A stretch of DNA of 64,000 nt from Dehalococcoidia bacterium (GTDB lineage: Bacteria; Chloroflexota; Dehalococcoidia; SM23-28-2; RBG-16-64-32). Below the pieces are notes generated by a model. The model was given only the letters and a program-made list of their open reading frames with translations, was not told where the DNA came from and searched no databases. Location of the stretch: positions 576,001-640,000 of the forward strand of contig CAXXTF010000001.1 of the NCBI GenBank assembly GCA_963665775.2, written 5' to 3'. A program made the position numbers and the translations under genes. This document shows, in pieces, positions 1 to 8,828 of this stretch. Numbering within the stretch: the stretch's first letter is position 1; every line of letters begins with the position of its first letter.

Positions 1-1
1 G

Positions 2-316
2 GCCAAAGGCTCCGACACCTTCTGCCCCATCGGGCCCTTCATCGCCACCGGCCTCGATCCCAGGAACCTGGAGCTGGCCACCAGACTGAACGATGTCCAG
101 GTGCAGAAGACCAGCACCAACGCTTTGGTGCACGGGGTGGCAGAGCTCATCAGTTTTATCTCCCAGGTCATCACCCTGGAGCCGGGCGATCTGATCTTTA
201 CCGGCACCCCCGGTGAGACGCCGCCGCTCAAACCGGGCGATGTGGCTGAGGTGGAGATTCAGGGGATCGGTGTGCTGCGCAACCCTGTGGTGGCCAGTAG
301 CGACGTGACGCCGTAA
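2..316 (+). CDS. Fumarylacetoacetate hydrolase family protein (5'-truncated by window)
   Basis: Frame open from base 2: AKGSDTFCPIGP...TLEPGDLIFTGTP...GIGVLRNPV, the FAH family C-terminal motifs. Confidence 0.9.
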   Translation, partial: AKGSDTFCPIGPFIATGLDPRNLELATRLNDVQVQKTSTNALVHGVAELISFISQVITLEPGDLIFTGTPGETPPLKPGDVAEVEIQGIGVLRNPVVASSDVTP

Positions 317-334
317 GCGCAGGTATCTAGCGGC

Positions 335-748
335 TCACACCTTGGACCACAGGTCCATCCGGCGCCAGCAATGGTCACACAGGGATACGGGCTCCCGGGT
401 CGATCGACCACGGCGCGTCGCTGTGCGCGAACGGCGCTGCAGGTGGTCGCTGCAGAACACTCCGTCGCAATGGGAACACTGGCCCCAGCGCTCCTGGTCG
501 CAGCCGCTCAGGCCGCACGAACTCTCGTCGTTTCTCTGGCTGACCAGGCTCATATAGGCCTTGTGGGTCTTGAGATCGGCCACCTTCCTCTGGCAACGCC
601 GCCGGTGGCACACCTGCTGCCTCTCCTCTAGCTCATCGCCGTGCTGGCGACAGAAGGAGCGGCTGCAGTATTGGCAGGCGGCAACAGGAGGTTCTTGACA
701 GCGGCGGAATATTCGACCGGCGTAGCAACTCTTCTGGGAAGCGATTAT
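335..748 (-). CDS. Cys/His-rich tandem zinc-finger protein (AN1/B-box-like), probable non-canonical start
   Basis: Frame stays open upstream of the listed GTG (613) and reads KSCYAGRIFRRCQEPPVAACQYCSRSFCRQH, paralleling the downstream CGLSGC...CSHCDGVFCSDH; GGAAGG precedes ATC-ATA-ATC at 751-743. Confidence 0.6.
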   Translation of the reverse strand: MIASQKSCYAGRIFRRCQEPPVAACQYCSRSFCRQHGDELEERQQVCHRRRCQRKVADLKTHKAYMSLVSQRNDESSCGLSGCDQERWGQCSHCDGVFCSDHLQRRSRTATRRGRSTREPVSLCDHCWRRMDLWSKV

Positions 749-796
749 GATCGTCCTTCCCGGCTTCCGGAAACGGGCACCAGAGCGGCCGAAGCT

Positions 797-1099
797 CTAC
801 TCTTCGCCTTGCTGCTTTGTGGAAGCGACCGTGGAACGGTGGAGGAGCTTCTGCGCCTCCTCGGCGACGCCCAGGTCTACAGCATCGCAGTACGTGGAAT
901 AGATCGCTCGGTCTATCAGACGCACACCCTCGTCATTGATCTGGCCAGACTGCTCATGGCGTAGCGGCAACAGCCGCTTCAGCTGTCCCAGGAAGTGCAG
1001 CTGCAGCGGTGAGTAGGAGGTCTCGCTCTCCGTGAAAGGGGATACCATCTCCTCCATCCCTCCCTTGGTCTTGTCAGCGTGTCGCAGTTGGTCCGGCAT
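797..1099 (-). CDS. Hypothetical protein
   Basis: 100-aa ORF with plausible helical composition; true start may be ~1057 after GGAGG. Confidence 0.6.
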   Translation of the reverse strand: MPDQLRHADKTKGGMEEMVSPFTESETSYSPLQLHFLGQLKRLLPLRHEQSGQINDEGVRLIDRAIYSTYCDAVDLGVAEEAQKLLHRSTVASTKQQGEE

Positions 1100-1279
1100 A
1101 CGATTAGACGCCTCACTTCATAGGATATAGAGGGGGCCGCAGTTAGGCAAGAGCCGCCTGCCATTCTAAACGTGAATATCCGGTATACGTGAAGACCGCG
1201 CTAGCGAAAGGAGAAGAATCCGGCAGGCGCTGCGTGGCCGTCCGGCGGCCTGGCCGGGTCGGCGGGCGCTGAGGGCGCC

Positions 1280-1660
1280 CTAATCGGCCTCAGCTTGGCG
1301 GTAGCGGTTGTACGACTCAAAGGCGTTGAGGACGGCGGTCGATAACGCCTTTTGGGAGGGGCAGATGTAGCGGTGCCGTATCTCCTCCGCCGCTTCTAGG
1401 GGGCCATCATTTATGTTTCGGCCGCTCAGAACCTCCGCTAGCAGGCGCATACCCAGCTCTGGGACAGCTCTGGCCGCTACGCCCACGATGACGCCGCTCT
1501 TGACGTCCGTCTCCAGCTCCACTGAGACGACCTGCGAGGTGTCCCTGGGTGTGAGGCTCTGGGGCAGCCGCGCGTGGCCCACAAAGATGACTGTGCCGAC
1601 AGACTTCGGGGTGGAGGTTCCGGTATCCGGCCTGCTTAGTTCGACCTGCATCTGGTTCAT
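1280..1660 (-). CDS. DUF3870 domain protein
   Basis: TVIFVGHARLP...VELETD...G.I...RY....QKAL..A pattern typical of DUF3870. Confidence 0.7.
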   Translation of the reverse strand: MNQMQVELSRPDTGTSTPKSVGTVIFVGHARLPQSLTPRDTSQVVSVELETDVKSGVIVGVAARAVPELGMRLLAEVLSGRNINDGPLEAAEEIRHRYICPSQKALSTAVLNAFESYNRYRQAEAD

Positions 1661-1938
1661 CCCCTCCGCTGGCCCGATGCGGATTTAGAGGGACTGAGAT
1701 ACCCCCTCGAGTCGCAGATCGGGCGGGTGGTGGTTGCTAACCTCTTCAGTGTAGCAACTCGCTCTGCCGTATCAACAGGATAGGTCGATAGAACTGATGT
1801 AAGGAGGCGTGAATCTGACGTGAAGGGCTTCACGGCCGTGGTCGTCGGCCGTTGGGCCGCGCCCCGACGTGTCTGGTCTCCGGGGTCGGCCATCGGTACC
1901 CTTCAGGCTGGTGGTGTGCGTCTGCGGGCCGTTCGGGG

Positions 1939-2226
1939 TTACTCGGCTATGAACGATCTTTCCTCATGGCCCGCCTGCACCTGCAGGTGCAGGCGGGAGC
2001 GCCGCGACAGGGAGCGATCATCGGTCGCCGCCCGTTCCGCTGCCTCCTCCGACGTCCATACGCTGACGCGGCCTACCTTTCCCGAGCTGTCTGTCGCCCG
2101 CATGAAGTAGACCTGGAGGCAACCCTCCTGTTGCCGGTAGAGGGCCACCAGCTCCTTATTGATCTCGGTGACCTCCGGCTCACTGCCAGCCAGGGGCTTC
2201 ATTAATGAGACACGGATGTATGGCAT
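1939..2226 (-). CDS. ABM-like (dimeric alpha/beta barrel) protein
   Basis: 95 aa, YRQQEGCL...GRVSVWTSEEAA resembles the antibiotic biosynthesis monooxygenase fold; AGGAG RBS. Confidence 0.65.
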   Translation of the reverse strand: MPYIRVSLMKPLAGSEPEVTEINKELVALYRQQEGCLQVYFMRATDSSGKVGRVSVWTSEEAAERAATDDRSLSRRSRLHLQVQAGHEERSFIAE

Positions 2227-2309
2227 ATGCGCACATCTCCTCTGGAAGTCCCGGGGCCCTGCCCCAGATGTGGAGCAAGTTTACCGCAGAACAGGCGCGC
2301 TGACAATCA

Positions 2310-2344
2310 GGCAGGGCGGCCTCTCTATATGAGGCCGCCCTGCC
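2310..2344. terminator. 14-bp perfect stem hairpin downstream of Zn-ribbon gene
   Basis: GGCAGGGCGGCCTC-tctatat-GAGGCCGCCCTGCC. Confidence 0.65.
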
Positions 2345-2376
2345 CAGATCTAACTCTCCGTTACCTGGCTTAGAGC

Positions 2377-2583
2377 TTACAGCCGGAGCTTGCCGTGCGA
2401 CGGCTGACGGCGGCGCTGGCGGTGCTCTCCGTTCGCCTCGGTCTCCAGATCAAGAGTCGCCAAAGCATTGACCTCATGCACGAAACCGCAGGATAGGCAG
2501 GTGCTGTAGGCACCGTACCAGTCTTCCTCGAACAGCATTGCGCCGCGACACCTGGGGCAGTTCCGCGGTGGAGCTGCTTGCAT
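2377..2583 (-). CDS. Small zinc-ribbon protein (CxxC...CxxCG)
   Basis: CPRCRGAM...YSTCLSCGF; GGAGGT RBS 8 nt upstream; basic C-tail. Confidence 0.75.
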   Translation of the reverse strand: MQAAPPRNCPRCRGAMLFEEDWYGAYSTCLSCGFVHEVNALATLDLETEANGEHRQRRRQPSHGKLRL

Positions 2584-2610
2584 TGACCCATACCTCCCTC
2601 GGCTAAACCA

Positions 2611-2643
2611 GAAAAAGCCTGGTACCAGTTCCCCTGGTCAGGC
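2611..2643 (-). terminator. Intrinsic terminator (riboswitch expression platform)
   Basis: Minus strand GCCTG-ACCAG-gggaa-CTGGT-ac-CAGGC-TTTTT between aptamer and ORF. Confidence 0.7.
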
Positions 2644-2644
2644 C

Positions 2645-2770
2645 CTTTCAGCCGCCGCCGAGGTTAGTTGACGGATTCGGGTCGAAAGGTTAACCCTACC
2701 CCGACTTAGTCGGGGATTCACCCCAGATTAGGCTCCCCCGGTCCCGATCTTCATCGGGATTTGGCGCGTC
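2645..2770 (-). ncRNA. Cyclic di-AMP (ydaO/yuaA) riboswitch
   Basis: Minus strand CGCCAAATCCCG..CGGGACCGGGGGAGCC..TGGGGTGAATC..GGTAGGG..CCCGAATCCGTCAACTAACCTCG matches the ydaO consensus blocks. Confidence 0.92.
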
Positions 2771-2795
2771 ACACTATCCCGTGACTGCGCCTCCT

Positions 2796-2824
2796 ATCCT
2801 AGTGATTATTGACAAACCTGTCAA
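2796..2824 (-). promoter_or_regulatory. Sigma70-type promoter of riboswitch transcript with overlapping palindrome
   Basis: TTGACA-17 nt-TAGGAT on minus strand; TTGACA-aacc-TGTCAA inverted repeat at 2809-2824. Confidence 0.7.
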
Positions 2825-2955
2825 GACGAACCGGTGCCCTTTTTCAAATGAATTACGCGGCTGCTTCGGCTTAGCTCCTTTACGGGTGGTCGGCGAAGCC
2901 GTGATAAAGTGCCTAGCCCCTGCCGCCAGTGGTCGTTCGGCGTTACGATGAGGGC

Positions 2956-3663
2956 ATGTCAGCCAAGGATCCCCTTCAGGTGCGCCGGATGTTCGGCCGA
3001 ATCGTCCCCCGCTACGACCTGATGAACCGGCTCATGAGCCTGGGAATGGATCGACGCTGGCGCCGGGCGGCGGCCGCCGCCGCCCGGCCGTCGGCCGGCG
3101 TGGCTCTGGATGTCGGCACTGGCACTGGCGACCTGGCGCAGGAGCTGCACCGCCGGGGTGTGGCCCAGGTCGTCGGGGTAGACTTCTCTCGCGAGATGCT
3201 GGTCGCCGCCCGCGCCAAGCTGTCCCTGCGGGCCGGGGTGACGCCGCGCTGGGCGCTTGCCGACGCCCTTCATCTCCCGTTCCCCGATGACACTTTCGAC
3301 TGTGTGACCAACGGGTTTCTCCTTCGCAACCTGGCCGACCTGCCAGCAGGCCTGGCGGAGATGGCCCGCGTCCTGAAGCCCGGTGGCCGGCTCGTCTGCC
3401 TGGATATGACGCGGCCCCCGTCCGGGCCGTTCGGGGCCCTGTACCGGCTGTACTTCGGCCGCTTGCTACCCCCGTTGGGCGGGCTAATCAGCGGCGATGT
3501 CGACGCCTACCGCTATCTCCCTAGCTCCGTCGAGGGCTTCCTCGACGCGCCGACCCTGGCTGGCCTCTTGGCCGATGCCGGCCTGGCCCAGGTGAGCTAC
3601 CGGCTATTCAGCGGTGGCACGGTGGCCCTCCACACGGCCCGCAAGCCGGGACCAGGACGGTAG
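2956..3663 (+). CDS. menG: Demethylmenaquinone methyltransferase (UbiE/MenG family)
   Basis: MFGRIVPRYDLMNRLMSLG.D..WR, LDVGTGTGD, EMARVLKPGG. Confidence 0.9.
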   Translation: MSAKDPLQVRRMFGRIVPRYDLMNRLMSLGMDRRWRRAAAAAARPSAGVALDVGTGTGDLAQELHRRGVAQVVGVDFSREMLVAARAKLSLRAGVTPRWALADALHLPFPDDTFDCVTNGFLLRNLADLPAGLAEMARVLKPGGRLVCLDMTRPPSGPFGALYRLYFGRLLPPLGGLISGDVDAYRYLPSSVEGFLDAPTLAGLLADAGLAQVSYRLFSGGTVALHTARKPGPGR

Positions 3664-3679
3664 CGCCTTGCTTGCCCCC

Positions 3680-4735
3680 TCATACTAGCGACGCCACCAG
3701 GTCCCCCATCTCCGAAGTCGACATCCCCATCCGTCCGGCGGAGAGCGACTCGATCTTACCGCCGGTCAGCGCCTTCACGATCGCCTCCTCGACGCGGGCG
3801 GCCGCCTCGACCTCCCCAACGTGCTCCAGCAGCATCTGGACGGCGCCGATAGCGGCCATAGGGCAGATGACGTTCTGCCCCGTATACTTGGGGGCGCTGC
3901 CGCCGATGGGCTCGAACATGGAGACGCCCTCCGGGTTGATGTTCCCGCCGGCGGCTATCCCCATGCCCCCCTGGATCATCGCCCCCAGGTCCGTGATGAT
4001 GTCGCCAAACATGTTCTCCACCACGATCACGTCGAACCACTCCGGATTCTTGACGAACCACATGCAGGTGGCGTCCACGTGTGCGTACTCCCGGCGGATG
4101 TCCGGGTAGTCGGCCTCGCCCACCTCGTTGAAGGCCCGCCACCAGGTGTCGTGGGCGTAGGTGAGGACGTTCGTCTTGGCTACTAGGTGCAGCTGCTTCA
4201 TCCGGTCGCGCCTGCGGGTCAAATCGTAGGCGTAGCGGATACAGCGCTCGGCCCCGAATCGGGTCGTCAGGTGAACCTGGGTCGATACCTCCTGCGGCGT
4301 CCCCTTGTACTGGAAGCCGCCCATGCCGCTATACAGCCCCTCCGTGTTCTCCCGCACCACCACGAAGTCGATATGCTCCGGACCCTTCTCCTTGAGGGGA
4401 CAGTCCACGCCCGGGTACAGCTTCACCGGTCGCAGGTTGATGTACTGGTCCAGCTCGAAGCGCAGCCGTAGAAGGAGCCCCTTCTCCAGGATGCCCGGCG
4501 CCACCTCCGGGTGGCCCACGGCGCCCAGATAGATGGCGTCGAAGCCGCGCAGCTCTTCCAGGACAGAGTCGGGGAGGGTCTCGCCGGTGCGGAGATATCG
4601 GTTGCCGCCCAGATCGTAGTGGGTCAGGTCGTAGCGGAAGCCGCTGCTGGCCGCGGCGGCCTCCAGGACCTTGAGCCCCTCGCGCACCACCTCAGGACCC
4701 GTACCGTCGCCAGGGATGACAGCTATTCGATGCAT
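3680..4735 (-). CDS. leuB: 3-isopropylmalate dehydrogenase
   Basis: IAVIPGDGTGPEV, VVRENTEGLY, NMFGDIITD, FEPIGGSAP. Confidence 0.88.
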   Translation of the reverse strand: MHRIAVIPGDGTGPEVVREGLKVLEAAAASSGFRYDLTHYDLGGNRYLRTGETLPDSVLEELRGFDAIYLGAVGHPEVAPGILEKGLLLRLRFELDQYINLRPVKLYPGVDCPLKEKGPEHIDFVVVRENTEGLYSGMGGFQYKGTPQEVSTQVHLTTRFGAERCIRYAYDLTRRRDRMKQLHLVAKTNVLTYAHDTWWRAFNEVGEADYPDIRREYAHVDATCMWFVKNPEWFDVIVVENMFGDIITDLGAMIQGGMGIAAGGNINPEGVSMFEPIGGSAPKYTGQNVICPMAAIGAVQMLLEHVGEVEAAARVEEAIVKALTGGKIESLSAGRMGMSTSEMGDLVASLV

Positions 4736-5227
4736 TTGGGTTCCTTTCCTGGAGTGACTGGGCGCAGTTTAGCATAGGGCAGGCGTAAGAGGGAGGTCTC
4801 GACGAACCTGGCGAGGAGAGGGTGCGCCTCGCGACCGGCCACATGACGGCGATCTTCGATGACGACTACAGCAAGGAGGGTCCCGCCCTTGGGGCGGCCC
4901 GCGCTCTTGGCGTCACGACAGAGAGGCTGGCCGGGCTGGGCATCGGCTGGGTAGGCGACGAACTCTCCGAGTTGAGCCTGGCCCGGGTGTAGGGCGGACA
5001 TTAGAGGTCAGTACCGTGTGAGGGGGCCGTCAGAGGTTGGCTGGCGGATCTACGTTGATTAGACGCACGGCCTGCGCAAAATGCCCGCGAACTCCCTTGA
5101 CCTACTGGCTCGGTGGTGCTACTTTCGCCTCAGTGATAGGTCTCTTGCAGACGTACCGAGGGGCAGAGAAAAGCGGCGGCGTTACGGCGCCGCCGTATTC
5201 TTCCGGAACACCTGAAGGCCGATCCCG

Positions 5228-5854
5228 ATGCGCATCTCCCTGATCCCCCGTAACTACCGCTTCTACGACCTGTTCGAGGAGAGCGCCCATATGCTAGTCG
5301 TGGCTGCTGAGGCTCTCGTTGATCTCCTTCAGAACTTCGAGAATGTGGAGATGAAGACCTCTCGCATCAAGGAGATGGAGCATGAGGCCGACAACATCAC
5401 CCACGAGCTCTACCGGCAGGTGAACCTGACCTTCGTAACGCCTCTCGACCGCGAAGATATCGCCGCCCTGGCCCAGCGCACGGACGACGTGATGGACTTC
5501 ATCGAAGGGGCGGCAACGATGGTGCGAATCTACAATATCGGTGAGCCCAGCGAGGCAGCGCGTGGCCTGGCCGACCTGATCCGCCTCCAGTGCATGCAGA
5601 TCGAACAGGCCGTGGGCATGTTGAGGCACTCCCGGAAGCTTAAGCAGATCCCAGAGCATCTACGGGAGATCAACCGCCTGGAGAACGAGGCCGATACGCT
5701 GTTCCTGAACGCGTGCGCCGATCTGTTTCGCCCGGAGGTGGATTCGGTGGAGATCATCAAGTGGCGGGACATCTATGATCAGCTTGAGCGGGCCACCGAC
5801 AGCGCCGAGCACGTGGCGCATGTTCTAGAAGCGATCGTCCTGAAGCATGGCTAG
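5228..5854 (+). CDS. DUF47 / PhoU-like phosphate transport regulator
   Basis: EHEADNITH...TFVTPLDREDI...LENEAD; upstream of pit. Confidence 0.92.
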   Translation: MRISLIPRNYRFYDLFEESAHMLVVAAEALVDLLQNFENVEMKTSRIKEMEHEADNITHELYRQVNLTFVTPLDREDIAALAQRTDDVMDFIEGAATMVRIYNIGEPSEAARGLADLIRLQCMQIEQAVGMLRHSRKLKQIPEHLREINRLENEADTLFLNACADLFRPEVDSVEIIKWRDIYDQLERATDSAEHVAHVLEAIVLKHG

Positions 5855-5882
5855 GGGCGCGCGCAGTCAGAGGTGGTTCAGA

Positions 5883-5905
5883 GGGAGTTCGGCTCCCCTT
5901 TTTTT
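5883..5905 (+). terminator. Putative intrinsic terminator between DUF47 gene and pit
   Basis: GGGAG-ttcgg-CTCCC-c-T7. Confidence 0.45.
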
Positions 5906-5970
5906 GACGTTGGGAGCACGGCGCCGCGCCACGATGGTCGCGGTGTGAAAGGGCGAACCCTGGACTACCA

Positions 5971-6978
5971 GTGACAGACACGTTCGGTTTCCTGATCTTC
6001 GCCTTCGCCGCCGTCCTGGCCTTCGAGGCCGTCAACGGCTGGACCGATGCCCCCAACGCCGTCGCCACCGTCGTCTCCACGCGCGCCCTGCCGCCGATGG
6101 TGGCGGTAGGTATGGCCGCTGTACTCAACCTGGTGGGCGTCCTTTCCGGGACGGCGGTAGCCAAGACCATAGGGTCGGGAATCGTCGACCTCGAGGTGTT
6201 GACGGCGGGGGGCACAGGATTGCAGATTGGAGCGGCAGGGGCCCTGGCGGTGGTCATCTGGAGCGGCGGCGCAGCCTACTTCGGGCTGCCCACTAGCGAG
6301 AGCCACGGCATCGTGTCCGGCATTGCGGGGGCGGCCGTCGCTGTCGCCGGATTTGACGTCTTGCTGTGGGACGGCTGGTTGAAGGTGTTCACAGGCGTGG
6401 GAGCAGCGGTGTTTTTCGGCGCTCTCGGGGCATTCCTTCTGGGAATCCTCATCCTCCGCCTGTTCCAGCGTCTAAGCCCTTCCCGGATGAGACGTACCTT
6501 CGCCCCCCTTCAGATCCTCTCCTCGGCGTTTATGGCCTGGAGCCACGGCACGGCCGACGGTCAGAAGGCGATTGGGGTGATGGCCATGCTCCTGGTCATC
6601 CACAACGGCACTGCCAGTGAGGAGTTCACCATCCCTCTGTGGGTCATCCTGTTGGGGGCGGGAACCATGGGTGCCAGCACCATGCTAGGCGGATGGCGCA
6701 TCATCCGCACTCTAGGGATGCGGGTGACTCAGCTGGAGACCCACCAGGGGTTTGCCGCCGAGGCGGCGGCCGCCACGACCCTCACCATTACCGCCAGGCT
6801 GGGTATACCCGTGAGCACCACACACACCATCGGCTCCGCCATCATGGGTGTCGGCTCCACGCGGCGTCTGTCGGCCGTACGCTGGGGGGTAGCCTACAAC
6901 ATCGTCGTCGCCTGGATCCTCACCTTCCCCATCTGCTTCGGCTTGGGCTACCTCATCGCAGTGATCATCCCTGACTAG
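5971..6978 (+). CDS. pit: Inorganic phosphate transporter (PiT family)
   Basis: NGWTDAPNAVATVVST, GLPTSESH, HGTADGQK, GIPVSTTH. Confidence 0.93.
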   Translation: MTDTFGFLIFAFAAVLAFEAVNGWTDAPNAVATVVSTRALPPMVAVGMAAVLNLVGVLSGTAVAKTIGSGIVDLEVLTAGGTGLQIGAAGALAVVIWSGGAAYFGLPTSESHGIVSGIAGAAVAVAGFDVLLWDGWLKVFTGVGAAVFFGALGAFLLGILILRLFQRLSPSRMRRTFAPLQILSSAFMAWSHGTADGQKAIGVMAMLLVIHNGTASEEFTIPLWVILLGAGTMGASTMLGGWRIIRTLGMRVTQLETHQGFAAEAAAATTLTITARLGIPVSTTHTIGSAIMGVGSTRRLSAVRWGVAYNIVVAWILTFPICFGLGYLIAVIIPD

Positions 6979-7016
6979 CCGCCGCCTCTGCCCAAGACGG
7001 CATAGGGTGACACCGG

Positions 7017-7598
7017 CTAGGTGATCTTCAGCGGCACTCCCTCCGTACAGAGGGGACACGCGTCCCGCTCGTACGTCGGGTAGTCCAGGTGCAGGCAGGC
7101 GAAGAAGGGCAGGCCGAATGCCGTATCGTTGAAGGCTTGGCCCCGGCGGTCCACCAGAACGCCCACTCCCACCGGCTCCCCTCCCGCCTGGCGTACCGCC
7201 TCGATCACCTCCTGCACGCTGCCCCCGGTGGTGAGCACGTCGTCTACGATAAGCGTGCGCTCGCCCGGTTCGATCACGAACCCTCGCTGGAAGGCGCGTC
7301 CCTTGTCTGCCCGCTCAGCGAAGATGCCCCGCAGCCCCAGGGCCCGCGCCACCTCATAGCTGATAGTGATCCCGCCTGTCGTCGGACCTGCCACCAGCTG
7401 TGGCCGTAGCTCTCGGAATCGCTCCGCTATCATCCGGCACAGCGTATCCGTGTACCGCGGGTGTTGCAGAACGTGGAACTTCTCAATGTAAACGGGGGAG
7501 TGCCTGCCCGAAGCGAGCTGGAAGTGGCCCTCCAGCAGCGCTCCGGCCTCTCGAAAGATGGCCGCTGCCGTACCCTCTGAGGCCTGCATCTCGCTCAA
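7017..7598 (-). CDS. pyrE: Orotate phosphoribosyltransferase
   Basis: GALLEGHFQLASGRHSPVY, IVDDVLTTGGS. Confidence 0.95.
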   Translation of the reverse strand: MSEMQASEGTAAAIFREAGALLEGHFQLASGRHSPVYIEKFHVLQHPRYTDTLCRMIAERFRELRPQLVAGPTTGGITISYEVARALGLRGIFAERADKGRAFQRGFVIEPGERTLIVDDVLTTGGSVQEVIEAVRQAGGEPVGVGVLVDRRGQAFNDTAFGLPFFACLHLDYPTYERDACPLCTEGVPLKIT

Positions 7599-7601
7599 AC
7601 C

Positions 7602-8663
7602 TCACTCCTCGGCCGCGGCCGCCTCGTCGCCCAGCGCTATGGAGCGGTTCGGCGCCAGATCCAGCGCCGGACCACCGTCATTCCAGTAGGTTATTAACGC
7701 CTTGCCGATGATATTCTTCTCCGGCACCAGCCACCCCTGGCGCGAGTCGCTGCTGTTCTGCCGGTTGTCCCCCATCACGAAGTAGCAGGCCGACGAGCCG
7801 CAGGCGGCGATCGACTCCTCCGTGTTGGCGGGCGGTATCTCCCAGGGCCCGCAGTTGCTGCCGCATCTCGTGCTGCCCAATGTGTACGGCTCCGTTATCG
7901 GCTGCCCGTTCACCGCCACCCGGTTCCCCTCCGCTGATATCTCTATCGTATCCCCGGGCACGCCGATGATCCGCTTCACGAAGTCCCGTTCGACCCCCCG
8001 TTCCGCATCGCGTGGCGATTGGAACACGATGACATCCCCCCGCGATGGCGAGCCCCACAAGTGGTGCATCGGGTCATCCCCTGAATCATAGAAGGGAAGC
8101 CAGTCGAAGATGCCCAGGTCTATCTCGGCGTAAGCCAGCTTGTTCACGATCAGGTACTCGCCGCTGTCCAGGCTGGGCATCATGCTGGCCCCCTCCACCC
8201 TGAAGTTCTGGAAGGAGGCCCGTACCGCCAGGAAGATCAGCAGGGCCAGCAGCAGCGTCTCCACCACTTCGCGAGCCGTTATCGCCCACCGCCTTTGCGG
8301 CTGCGCGACCGTCAGGGTCCCTGCCTGCGGCTGGCGTTGCAGCTCACTCAGCCCCGCCGCTTCCTCGTACGGCCCCTCGCTTCCCGCCGGTTGCCAGGGG
8401 CCCAGCCGTCGCTCCAGTCGTGGCCCCGAACCCGGCGTCGCTCCCCAGGCGGGCTCCTGGGCCCCGGCGGACCCCCGTTGCGGCCAGTCTGGACCGAACA
8501 GCGCGTCACCCGCCGGCTCTTCGGAGGGATAGGACGTAGGCGGTGATGTCTCGCCCCAGGGCGAGGTCAGGGGGTCGTACTCCGGTGGAGGCCGACGCTC
8601 CCCCGCCGCGTCCCCTTCGCCCCTCTCGGGCCTCTCGTCGTCGAACTCTCTTAAGTGGGTCAT
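7602..8663 (-). CDS. lepB: Signal peptidase I with long acidic Pro/Gly-rich N-terminal extension
   Basis: GASMMPSL, DFVKRIIGVPGD, YFVMGDNRQNSSDSR. Confidence 0.93.
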   Translation of the reverse strand: MTHLREFDDERPERGEGDAAGERRPPPEYDPLTSPWGETSPPTSYPSEEPAGDALFGPDWPQRGSAGAQEPAWGATPGSGPRLERRLGPWQPAGSEGPYEEAAGLSELQRQPQAGTLTVAQPQRRWAITAREVVETLLLALLIFLAVRASFQNFRVEGASMMPSLDSGEYLIVNKLAYAEIDLGIFDWLPFYDSGDDPMHHLWGSPSRGDVIVFQSPRDAERGVERDFVKRIIGVPGDTIEISAEGNRVAVNGQPITEPYTLGSTRCGSNCGPWEIPPANTEESIAACGSSACYFVMGDNRQNSSDSRQGWLVPEKNIIGKALITYWNDGGPALDLAPNRSIALGDEAAAAEE

Positions 8664-8756
8664 CTGCGTTAACCTAAATTATATCAGGGCGAATGCCCTC
8701 CGTCTGAAGAAGAGACGTTTCTGTTGTCCAGGCGTTTCCCTTCTTGGCTGGTCTCC

Positions 8757-8792
8757 GGCCAGGGCTCTAGCCAGCGCTCTGGCCAGCGCCTA
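8757..8792 (+). repeat. Three imperfect 12-bp direct repeats upstream of ECF sigma promoter
   Basis: GGCCAGGGCTCT / AGCCAGCGCTCT / GGCCAGCGCCTA; TGcTAGAAT at 8805-8813. Confidence 0.55.
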
Positions 8793-8828
8793 CTACCGCC
8801 TCCTTGCTAGAATGGGCCTCGAAGCCAG

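Noticed and set aside
4798-4992. Short + strand open frame between leuB and the DUF47 gene
   Set aside because: No convincing start or recognisable family; at most an unidentifiable remnant
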